In this document: piece after piece, positions 1 through 12,500 of the stretch
How positions within the stretch are numbered: the first letter of the stretch is position 1
Layout: each line of letters opens with the position of its first letter
Source: Nymphaea colorata
Lineage: Eukaryota
DNA: 64,000 nucleotides
Direction of reading: 5' to 3'
Assembly (NCBI RefSeq): GCF_008831285.2
Contig: NC_045138.2
Span: 7,688,001-7,752,000, forward strand
The notes under the pieces: model-generated
Seen by the model: only the letters and a program-made list of their open reading frames with translations
Told to the model about the DNA's origin: nothing
Database searches by the model: none
Position numbers and translations under genes: made by a program

Positions 1-1201
1 AACTGCTAATCAAGATGTTCTCGAATCCGCCCATAAACATTACGGTTCTGCATTGGTTTGATAGGATTAAAACATGTGGAAAGATCTCCAATTCTATTTT
101 ATTGTAGAATGTGGGATTATTTTATTTTAGCGGAAAATTATCATAAACCTTTTGACAGATATTAAAAAAACACACATGCTCAAATCTAAAATAAAATAAC
201 TATCATAAACTCATGCATTTTTTATTTTATTTTAAATCAATTATTTGCTAGGTAAAGGGGTTGGAATGAGCGATATCTTGAGAGAACTAGAAATTAGATT
301 AAAAAAAAAAAAACAGAGCAAACGAAAGACAAAGGAGAGGGCCAATTTGTCATTGACGTGGAACCTGTGCCAAATGGTAAGTTCACTGTGTCCTTGACCG
401 CTCTCCTGTCTATGGATCTTGAAGGTGCGTTTCGTTCGTTCGTTTTGAGAGTGACAAAGGAGAGAAGAGGCAGAGGGTCTCCAAATCCAATCATCTGTTC
501 TTGACGCTGCCATAACAAGAACAGTACGGCCTCTGGTTTATTATTATTCGGAGCGCACGACGAGGTTCGATGGTGGTGAGAAACAAATGGAGGCAGACGT
601 CTCCATCCTTCACTGCCGCGTTTTTCTGCGTCCACTCTTTCGCTTCTCTCCCATTTCGTGGAATTCTGCTCTGTATAGATACGTTGCTCTGAGGTACTCT
701 CTCTCTTTCTCTCTCTCTCTTCCCCACACCCCGAACTTTTTTTGCCTTTTCGTGGTTGTTTTTTTGTTCAGAGTGATACCCCTGTTTGAATTCGTTCTGT
801 TTCCTTTAATTCTTTGCTTTTGGTTTTGTGGGTTGTAGTTTTCTTGTTTTTTTTGGTGATTTTTCTGATTGTCCTTCAAGACTTTATCAGGGATTAGTTG
901 AAATTTTTGTAGCCTTTGGCGTTTTGTTATTTAGATCTTCTGCACTTGTTCGTTTTTCTTGTGTGTTTCAGTAGGACCTTTATTGTTCTTTTATTCAGAT
1001 ATTAATTTCTTGGTTTTCTTCGTTCTTGATTTCTGAAGAGTCCGTTTTATCTTTCGGTTTTCTGACCTGAAGATTTCTTTGTGGTGACACTTTGGCCTTG
1101 TTTTGTCCTGCAGCTTCATGGTTTAGTTAGTGGCTTGAGCTACTTTGTGGCGAACTGGAAGCTTAAGAAGCCGAATAAGCCTTTTGTGGTTAATTATCAC
1201 C

Positions 1202-4200
1202 ATGGGATTGGGATTTCCAGGAGGACATAGAGAAGGATACATAGGCCTTCCCGTCTTGTGGATTACTATATTTTTCATTATGGGCACGACAACTGCAAAC
1301 TTGGTCTTGATTGGGAAGAACGTTTCTTTAACATTCGAGGATATGGAAGCGAGCTTCAGTAAGAATTAAGCATATATGAATCTTAGTATGTAGTTTAAGA
1401 AAAATTGTCTTTCTATGTTGTTTCTTGGTTTCCATGCTATGTTCTTGTTATGTGTGATCTATTAATTTCCGTGCAGCTGTATTCAGCATGCCTTCAGTAC
1501 AAATAGATGAGGCATCTTGGTGGAGAATTATTCATGTAGGTCCTCTAGTTCTATGGACATAATTAGATAAAAGAACTAAAGCTATTTTCAAGTTTTTATG
1601 GTTGTCGAGAGATGAAGAGCTGATGACCTTGGAAACTTTCATGTCTTGTGGAATGTTGCTTTCAGGATAAGAGACAAGTGCAAGTTGACCATCCTTCTAC
1701 TAAGCACCACAGATTTGTAAGCTTAATATGAATAGCAGTTATCAATATCACCTAAGGAATATGTTAAGTGATCTGTATGATGGAAATGATCTTACACTTG
1801 CAGAAAACATATGCCTGTACATGTAAGAGCTGATATGAGATAACAAGCAAATGTCGTGAAAACATCAAAGAGGGTTTGCCTTTGCCAAAATAAAATGCAT
1901 GAGGAAATGATGAATCTGAAAACAGTCAAAACAGAAAAGTGAACATTTTCTTAAAGTATTCCTTTGCACGTATTCCTTACTAAATGTTTAGGCACAATGT
2001 GAATGGTCGAAATAGTGATTTGGTCTGCATCCAATCAGGACTATTCCTTGATTAATCATAGATTCATAGTTCATAGTTGATCTACCAAGTACCAACTGCT
2101 GCTTGTATATCTGGGGAATTGTTGAGCTTATATTCTTGCTGAATTGCAACCATTGTCCTGTTGATACTACTTGTTTTTGTTCACTGATAGTCCCATGACA
2201 ACAATAGGCTATAGTGACTCTTTTTTTATCACAAGAATAGTGGTGGGTGGAGATTGCTGCATTGAAATATCAGAGCAGCGCAGACACATATCCAGGAGGG
2301 ACATAGCAATATAGGCTCGCTTGAATATCTTTTTTGGTAACCTATTTAAAGGGAAACACAGTGCTTCTTTCAAAGCTAAGATACTAAGGACCTACCTAGA
2401 AAATCAATTGTGCAATCATATAATAACCTTAACTAGATGAAGCGAACAAAAGTATGCAAACTAAAATAGCAAGGGCTTACCTAGTGGATCGATTGATTGT
2501 CTATATGCAGTCATATGGTTGGCTTAAAAAAATGAAACCAATTTATTATGGAAAGACTGAATATCATATCAGAGCTGATCATAGCACCCTTACCATGTCC
2601 ACATCATCGTTACATGTAATTAACTTCAGGTAGTGGGTTATTTTGGAACAAAAGTCATTTGAAAATAGATTTATGAAGAATGTTTTATTTTATCCTCTAG
2701 CATGTTGTTGGTATCTTGTAATTTTTGAGCCATACAAAATAGCCACATAAGCATGAACACCCATGGGTTCTTAGTATCTATTCCTATTCATGTGCATTGG
2801 TTCTCTTATACTGGAGAGCAAGAAAGAACAATATAAAGGACTCTTGCAATAAAATGTCTGAAGATGTCAGAAAAAAAAATGAAGACCCATGTTAGAATTC
2901 AAAAGGAAATTGGGCTAATGACTGTCTGACTTCAAATGATAGAAATCCGCCTGTAACTGGAGAAGGGGTCCTTAGATCTCAAGACTAGCTGGTGCAGAGA
3001 CATAATTCTTGTTGATATTTAATGATTTATCTGCTGATTCTTTATTCACTTTGATGCTTTGTATACAATTTGTTATATCTGGTTGGTAAAGTTAGAGATT
3101 CTTCCCTGAGCAGTCTTGCATGAAAAATTTCTCTAAACCTGAAATTTGAAATTTAATTATTTCATAAGATTATCCGTGAAATGAAGTGGTACTTATGTGC
3201 TGGTCATTTTGATATTCAAATCCAACCCTAGCATTTTCGTCCAATCCAAGTTTTCCCCTTTCGTTTCCTTTCAAAGCTAAAGTTTAGATGAATTAATTTG
3301 GGGACTTTTGAGGCGTCAAAACTTGTTCGCTTTCAACTAGACCGGATTCTATTCTAGGCCTATGATACTGCAGCAAAGAAATTCGACTCATAGTGTTTGG
3401 ATGGCTTATTATGATCCTTCCTTAGTGATTCAGTTTGTGTCAAGTGGAAGGGTGGTTGAACTGTATCCCCTAGTCTAACAGAAAGTGTTATTTTTTTACG
3501 TTCATGTTCTTATTCAAAAAATGGAGAGTACTTCTCTTTGGTTCTGCGGATAGGGTTTAGCTCTTTGATCTTTCCCTTTGAGATATACATTTCTACTGAT
3601 GTGTATGTTTCAGAGGTCAGTTTTGTTGGAAGTGAACGTAAAAAAACTTTATGTTAGTCATGGTTATTTTATTTGTTGATTTGTATGATTGCTGGAAGTT
3701 GCATCTGTTGCTAGATGTGAGGCTTTTCTTGTTTTGCAACAAAATAAATAGAGAAATCATAGACTGTTCTCACATTCATTTCCTTTTTCTTGCATTGGAA
3801 AGATTCTGAAAATGAATTGTTGTAGAACATAAAATTGTACTCACGGTCTTATTCAAAAAAGAAACATGTCTGCTGTTTCCTTTTCCTATTGGACTCACTA
3901 CTTAGTAGCACTATCAGATGGAGCTCATCATTGTTACCTGCACATTTGCAGCTCCAGTTGTTGTAGGTTCAGGAGAATGTGGGATGCTATTTTTGGCTGA
4001 ACCTCTTAATGCCTGCATCCCATTGACTAATGATGTTGCTGGATTAGAAGTTCCAAGATCCCCATTTGCATTAATTATTAGAGGAGGGTGCACATTTGAA
4101 GACAAAGTAAGAAATGCACAGCATGCTGGATTCAAGGCAGCTATCATCTATGATGATGAGGATACTGGTGATTTGATTGCAAGTGGGTCACCCTTTTCTA

Positions 4201-7115
4201 TATTGTTATCTCATATTTTCTTGAGTTTGTGCGCCGATAATATATAATAGTTAGTTTATTTTATATGTTACAATGTTGGATAAAGTTAACTCCTAATTTT
4301 GGCAGAACTGCTTTCAATGGTTAGACTTGGTTTCAAATCATTGAAGGTCATTTCTGCTGTCTCCCTTCTTTTTCTCGCATCTTTTGATTTTAGTCAGGTG
4401 AAGGTATTTGCATGTCATTCAGTGTGATGGATGAACATTGGGCAATAACATGATACGATTGGGACACTTTTGAGTATTTGAGAAAGAAACTTCTGTGATA
4501 CTTTAGTTATGTTTAACTATTAAATAACCTCATATTCTGAGGTTGTAATGATTTATAAAGTTTATTTAAGCACATAATACAGAAAATGCAATGATGTCAT
4601 GGTAAATTCCAGCTCCAAAATGGAAACTTCAAGTTAGTCTTCTGATATTATTGGAATAGTATGAGCATTTTTCTGATAAATTCAGCTAAATTGAAATCTT
4701 AATTATCTTTCTCATCCCCAAGATATTATTGAGAAAAGTCGCTTTTTTTAACTTCTCTTTAGGAAATAATTCATTGTCATGATCGGCATTGATGGATTAG
4801 GGTCTTGTAAGGACTGTTCTTATTCCTTTTTTTTCCTTTGTTGGTTCTCTAGGTGTAGTAGGATAGTGTATCTTTGCTGCGATGACTATCTTTATGACTT
4901 TCAGCCTTGCAGATGCACCTCAAAGGAAAACAAGAATATGAACCATAGTGGTTTCATGATCATTCCTTGATGCGTCTCATGCATCATTGCATATTCTGCA
5001 GTAATTGGAAAGAAGTTATTACCCAAATGATGGTGTATTCAGCTTAAAGTAGACCTACTTCTGTATATATTTCTTCTTTTCAATGAAATGTGAGATTGCA
5101 TCTGGGTCTGACTGAAGAAAAATATTTTGGCTCCGGCCAGTGAAAAGGTGGAGTATTTGTCTAAATGATTCAACCTAGAAGATAGACTACTATAAAAAAG
5201 ACAGCAAAAGGTTTTGATTGAGAGAACAATATGGCTGTTAATTTCCCCAAGTAGTCAACCTTGGACTCTGTGTTAACTTCCCTAAGTAGTTAGCCATGGA
5301 CTTTGACTTTCTGCTACTAATGCCCATTTTTACTAAATAAAGATTGCTGGTTTAGATGTATCATGTATGTTATCTATAGCATTCGTCTGTTCTATGCAAC
5401 TGACATAGAACTCTTTGACGAAAATTTGCAGTGGCTGGGAACTCAGCAGGGATCAGAATCTATGGAATATTTATTTCTAAGGCATCTGGTGAAATGCTGA
5501 AGAAATATGCTGGCATAATTGATATGGAGTTATGGATAATACCAACTTTTGAGAATTCAGCATGGTCTATCATGGCTATCTCTTTCATATCTCTGCTTGC
5601 TATATCAGCTGTTATTGCAATATGCTTCTTTGTGCGTAGGCATCGAATAAGAAGAGATCGCCCTCAAGTTCCCTATGTTCGTGAGGCTCATGGAATGAGC
5701 GGTCGTCTAGTGAAAGCATTGCCAAGCGTCTTGTTCACTTCTGATGTTGAACATAACTGTACATCATGTACATGTGCAATATGCCTTGATGACTATTCTC
5801 CTGGGGAAAAGCTAAGAGTACTGCCTTGCCACCACAGTATGTCTCAAGCTTCTGCTCTTTGAAAAATTACATGTGCAATTGGTAATAGACTTCCTAGAAA
5901 AAATGGAAAAGAAACACGAACCTTTATATAATTTTCAGTTTCTATGTTTGCACACAGGAGCACCTTGTCAAGCTTTATAAATGACTGGTTTTTATCGTTC
6001 CTTTTTCTACTTCAGAAAGTTGTAGTGCTAGGTGAAGAGAATTTCAATGAAGAAGTTAAGGAAGAAATAACAGGTGAATAAATTTAATGATTTTTAATCA
6101 TAGCTAATAAAAAGTTCAATCTACATGCTGAAGATGCACTGTCTTTTATTCTCTTCAAAAAATGATAAATAATCCTCGTGAAAACAATGAATAGACTTTA
6201 ACAGATGATGAATTGTCAAGAGTTTCTTATTAACTGAAGTCTGAAAAGTGAGTTTTTTGACAATTTGCTTTGCAAACTCCCAACATTACTATATGGATGA
6301 AAAGAAGAGACAAAAGGAAAATTTGATCCCTTTGCCTGCTATATGATAGCGTTAAAGGATACTTCGGTGTTTTGAGATGAATGATTATATTTTTCTCATT
6401 GCAATTTAGGTCTTGCTTTACTTAATTTGAAAATTGTAAATTTGTCTACATACTTGCATGCTTCTGTAACTTGCCTATTTCCATTACTCTCATCATCAGG
6501 TGCCGTTTCTAATCCTTTGGCCCTTTGACAGAGTTTCATGCTGTTTGTGTTGATTCGTGGCTTACAATCTGGAGAACTTTCTGCCCAGTGTGCAAGCGTG
6601 ATGTACGAGCAAGCATAGGAAATCCTCCAGCTTCCGAGTGCACACCTTTGCTTTCCCCAGCTATTTCAGTTCCTGCATCTCCGTCTTCCTCTGCTATCTT
6701 CTCATCCTCCCACTCATTACGGACAGGTTCACCAGCCATACGAATAACTCAGGCGTCGTACCATTCTCCTGCTAGCTCCCGCAGTCAATCCCTTGCAAGT
6801 ACTCCCATTGTTCCATATTCGCTTAGGTCATATGGTAATTCTTCAGCTGTGCGGTTCAGTCGAAGTTCTGCAGATCTTCAAAATTTAGCATCTCAAAGAT
6901 CTCGTCCTCCTCATCTCCCTTCACCTCATTCATTGGGATTGCCTTACTTGTTTTCTCCTTCTGGTTCAAGGCACGGTTCGTATCTCATGGGATCAACCAA
7001 TGCATCACCGTTCTGTGTTGGATCATCAAGTAGGCCGCCATGCCTATTACATCATAGTGAATCAACTACGAGCCTGTCTCCATTTGCATCTGCTCAGTCT
7101 TTACCTGATTGCTGA
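1202..7115 (+). CDS. RMR: Receptor homology region-transmembrane-RING-H2 protein (PA-TM-RING vacuolar sorting receptor), 4 coding exons, 458 aa
   Basis: Exons 1202-1358, 3952-4182, 5432-5836 and 6532-7115 (1377 nt), all GT-AG and in frame. Signal peptide ([13 protein letters not shown]), PA domain ([30 protein letters not shown]), TM helix ([25 protein letters not shown]), RING-H2 (CAICLDDY...[16 protein letters not shown]...CPVCK) and Ser-rich tail. Confidence 0.93.
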
Positions 7116-7769
7116 TTCTTATAGGTGTCTAAAGCTTGAAACCATGTGTGTCATGTATAGACAATTGGAGGTTCCGAGTTTTTTTCTCCTTTTTTTTTTT
7201 ACCTTTGTTTCTGGCGGTTTTCTGATTTCCGAGTTGGAGGAACTATGAGGTTGAAGTTGCAGAGATCACCCTTTTAGGTGAAGAGTCCTGCTTGCGGTCT
7301 ACTAACCCTGCTTTGTTTTTGGCAAATTGGATTGATTACTGTACTTGTAAATCCTCTTCGCGGCAATATACATGATTTTGCAGGTTCTGTATGCATCGAT
7401 AAAGTTGGCAATGGGCATCTTTATTTTTCTTCCTTCTGATCGAAAGCACTGTTTGCATGAGGGATAACGTCAGGCATGTTCGCTGTGCCTTGCTTCCTGC
7501 ACCGAGCAGGCCTGTAAAGTAAAAAATCTGTTGGTTTATTCCCTTACACAATGGTCTCAGGCTAGTTTGGACCTTGATATAGGGAATGATAGCAACCTTT
7601 AATCAACTAGTCATATTATTTACAAGCCATTATTCGTTGCAAGAAAACTTTGTGGTCACAAGTGTGATCTCTGCTTTTTCTGGCCAGCTAGAGACGCTCA
7701 AATGTTTCTGAAGAATATCTTGGACACTTGGATTGGTAGTGCTCTTTTGGCAGTTCGTTGTACGTGAGT

Positions 7770-7826
<57 letters not shown>

Positions 7827-9169
7827 CTTTGCTCAGATCTGAGTTGAACGAGAAAGACCCTTAAAGTACATCTTGTACTATAGATAAAACCGTGACAATG
7901 AGGAAAGCAAGCCATATAGTCAGACATTTTTGCTCCAACCACGGATAGACAGATCGAAATAAAACTGCTTGAGCTCGTTGTTTCCGTTTGATGTTGTCTA
8001 TTTCTTTTGGTGTGGTGCCCATATAAAGTATTAGTTAATTCTATCTCATCCATTCCATTTCAGTTGTTTTGACCAGATTAAAGTGTTTACAGTACAGATC
8101 GTTCCTCATTCCCATCGTTTTCTCTTAGATATTTTTCCATATCATCAGGACACTAAGCTCAATAGTTGTGGATTGTTTGGACCCAACTAATAGTCTAAAA
8201 TTAGAGGATCTGCAACATTAATAGATCTTAGATCAATCTGCTTCGACTCTTTGAGGTTTATAAAAGATGAAAAATTTGTAGTCTGTAAGGTATTTTGTCA
8301 TTTCAATTTAAAAATTAAACAGAATTCAGACCGCGTCGACAATCAAAATTTGGATATATGTAATACACGGATATGCCGTTTTTGAATCTGATTAGAAGAG
8401 CAAGTACTAAGAAGCGGATGAAAACGTTACGCCGATTTCCTTATTGAGAAGGGAAAAGGAGTTGGGGATGATCCCGTCTTAGGTAGACTATAGTAGTAAT
8501 TAGTAAACTACCACTTCTTCATTTCGATCAAAATATTTTTCTGATTGAGTTTGGTTGTACCTTAATAGGTTGTACCTTGATAGGCAGTGGGATTCTTTTC
8601 CAAAAAAGGTATTTCATAAGAATAGCATTTTGTTCTTAGAACGCATGTTCTTAGAGTATATAATCCAAAAAAAAAAAAAATCCTCCGAAACATAATGTGA
8701 TTGTAGGTACTATTTATAGATCCATGAAGTTACAACCAATGGCAGAGCCAAGTTTGTTTATTTTTATGTTAACGCTTTGACATATTTAATTGTTGATATG
8801 TATAGGTGCCCCTAAATGCATTAAAGTTATTGAATTAGTGCTCGGCTTAGCTAGTGGCCATACTGTGTTTTTTGAAATAAGAAACATTGTGTTATTTCGA
8901 ACGTGTTACAGAAACGTGTTCTGAAACCACAATGTTCTTCCTAAAACACCCTTAGCTGTTATAGTCCTATTTACATGGGTCCAGTTCTTGCCAAAGCCTG
9001 ACGCGAGCAAGTGTTGGCAACCGACCAGCTTTGAACGAGCCATGCCGATCTGAACTCCCTCTATCTCTCTCTCTCGTTGATGGAGAAATATGGAAGCACA
9101 GGCGATGCTATTATTATAAAAGAAAATGGTGGTAATCGAGTAGTTGCGGAAAATGATCGGTCATAGCAC

Positions 9170-9172
<3 letters not shown>

Positions 9173-9245
<73 letters not shown>

Positions 9246-9246
9246 A
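9173..9246. repeat. Compound (AT)n(AG)n microsatellite
   Basis: Direct reading. A similar compound tract is at 7770-7824. Confidence 0.95.
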
Positions 9247-9529
9247 AGCATTCATGGATCCAGTCGGTTTTGCCGTTTCTTTCAAGGCATCATCCAAAAC
9301 CTCAAGAGGAAATATTAAAAAGAAAAGGACTGTCGAAGGAAGTATCTGGATAGCAAAAGGTCCGCAGTAAACATTTCAAGAAGGAAAAACCAGGCATTAC
9401 TCATCTTGTCAATAACAAGGAGTCATTATTGAGCATCACCGGAGATCTTTAAATCAAACACACCCTTTCAGTCTAGAAAAGAAATAAGATCAATTCTGAA
9501 TACACAGAGACTCAATGGCAGAGAGCAGA

Positions 9530-12500
9530 TCAAACAGATGCCGTCTTTTTCTGTTGGAATATAACAGCAACGATGGGAACCGTCGTTCCAATCGTAAAAC
9601 AGGTCAAGACACCAAGGGTCATCTTCAACTTCTGGTGCTTCATCCTGTCCAGATTGTACATGTGCTTTGCGTGCATGTAGAATGGCTCTGAGCCATGACC
9701 ATGACCATGGTCGCCTGCCATTCTCTTCACACTCGTTGAGTGCACCGACCGTGTCACTGTTAGATCAAAGATGAAGTTAGCTTAGCTTAACTGGAAAACA
9801 AGTTTCACAATGTCAGAATTGACCTTGAAAAGGTTAAGCATGTCGAATGCATTTACAAACGCTACAGCAATTATCAAATACAAAAAGGAAATTTGGTTGA
9901 GTTAGAATGGAGGATAAACATTAGAATAATTCATCTTAGAGTGAGTCACCTAAAGATACTTAACACTATCCTAGGCAGAATCAGCCAGCAAGATGTCCCC
10001 AAACTCAGGATTAAACTTGAAGAGTTCAGCCAACTCAAGAGTTCCTATTTACCTCACTCGCTTTTGGACGTATCCACCAATAGATTTACCAAATTACCAG
10101 GTTAAATGACAAAAAAGAACTTACAGAACATAGCATGAAGAGAACCATGACAGCTACAGCCAATCTAGATTCCCTTGGCTCATACATATCTTGGTAAGAC
10201 ACCTTTTACTTGAGAAGTGTAGCACTTAAAAAATGTAGCAATCGGAACTCCCCAGAGTTCCTCCATGGCACAAGTAACCACCTCTTTATCACTTACACCA
10301 TCCCAAACATCTCGCTGCATTTTCCAGCTGAAATGGAAATTACAACTGAAATTACATTATACATCCAAAACAGATAAAATGTGATCCCAGGCAGGCACAT
10401 GGCATATTCCCCTCTTACAAGTCCATCACAAGGGGAACAAAAAACCAATATATGCTTTATCAGGTACCAAGCAACAACTGTGGGCAAGTAGAACACAAGA
10501 AATCATCACTTACAAAAAGCCAACAGCTGGGATAGCAAGAACTAGGCAGAACTTGGTCCTGTCTTTTAGTCATACTTGAATGGTCAGCAATCAACATAAG
10601 ACCTTCCTCAACAGCCATCCTTGATCTCTACAAGTCACATAGGACGTGCTAACAATATAGTAATAGAAGTACCCTACACTGGTTCGGAAATTAAGGCTGC
10701 CATGCCCAGGCCTGTATCCATGTCGACCAGGTACTTGGCATTTAGCAGTGTCCATGTTTCATAGCTTTGCTGCCAATCATGAAAAAAAGGAGTAACAAAC
10801 CAGCATTTTTGCTAGCTTCTTCAGCTATCACTTATTTAAATCCATTCAGTCAACGACACTGATTAGTTTATGGCCCTACCCTACTTTTAAACTTTTAAAA
10901 CACAATTTCACCTTCATATGAACCATTTTGGACCAAATTAAAACTTACAACCACCATCTTAGAAACTATGTAACATGGGTACTACTCCAGAGCAGTACCC
11001 ACACGGTAACGGTACAACATTGGTGCGGGTGCGGCACGAGTGCGAATCCGACCATTTTCGGACTCGATCAACTTTCACCAAGTCCAAAATTGTCCAGTTT
11101 CAGATTTTAACATGTTTTACATTTTAATGCTTTTTACATTTTTTACGTTAAAATTATCGAAACCCTTCAAAATATTTTCGTCAATGATGGTTCTTCACTT
11201 CGTCTTCACCGACAGAGACTGATGACAGCAGGTGAACAGCGAGCGGTGACAGTAGGTGGCGAGCGGCGACGCCAAACGACAAACAGCAAATGGCAAGCGG
11301 CGAAGGAGATTTCGTTTGTTTTGTGAAGATCGAGCTTCTTTCTTCGTTTTTCGTTCTTTTGTTTCCTCGTATGTGTCTTTCTAATCATTCATCCGTTAAT
11401 GCATAAGACTATATTTTGTGGTTGTTGTTGTATTTGATCCAGCGGCCAAAGAGAGGGACTACTGACCGTGGTGGTGGCTTGCCCTTCTTTGACGAGCGAT
11501 ATCCACGCCAGACAACATCCCAAACATTGTTGGAATTTTGCAGAGGGTTTCCTCGACCCTCTGCCTTGAGGAGGAGGGTTTGCAGAGACCCTGTGCCTCG
11601 AGACAAGGGTTGACGTTGAGGGTTTCAGGAGTTGAGTTAGAGAGAGAGGACTGAAGTGGGTGAACATGATTTGCATGATCTTATTATGGACCTTACAGAA
11701 CCTATTGTTCCTTCTAATCTTGATGATGCGACTGAAGAGAATCAAGAAAGCTGATATATTTTGTATGTTAATTACTTCCATACTTTGTTTAGTAGTATGA
11801 TAAATTGATAATATCTATAAATTTTGGATAATGATTTATGAATATGTTATTTTGTTTGTAATTTTTTGATATATATATGTGTGTGAATATGTTATTCTGT
11901 TTGTAATTTTTTGATATATATGTGTTTGTGTGTACGGTCGTAACCCCGCACCTATGTCTTTTGAAAATGGTCAGTACTCGGACCCGGACTAGTACCCATG
12001 TGACATAGCTTAGAAAGTAACCTTCCATTTTAAAAGACTTTCATTGTCTGCAGCAATACCCAAAGTCAATTAAAATCTACATTAGCCACAATCTTGCTCT
12101 TGAAGATCTTATAGATGAAACAATCTCACCCCTAAACTTTCGATTTTCCTGACAGGAAAAATATAAGGATAATGTCCACATGGCATTTATAAATTATATA
12201 GAAGCATACAAATAAAATTACTAGTAATGCAACAAACTAAAAAATGACCATATCTTTGAAACTATGCTGATATGCCATTCTCATCCAAAACAAATTAGAT
12301 ATTTTGTTCTGTTCAGATTAGCAGATAAAAATCAATGAGGGAAGTAGTCTTTATTTTGTTTATTATGAACACAAAACAGGAAAAGAACTAATAATTACAA
12401 CAAACACAAGCAGCATATCATCTGCACACTTCATTGGATTATGGCAGAAGTATCACGAACTTGCCCAGGATGCTGTCCACAAGATCATATGGTCTGACAT

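Noticed and set aside
241..879. Cluster of 78-113 aa ORFs upstream of RMR
   Set aside because: Low-complexity promoter, 5'UTR and intron sequence with no recognisable domain.
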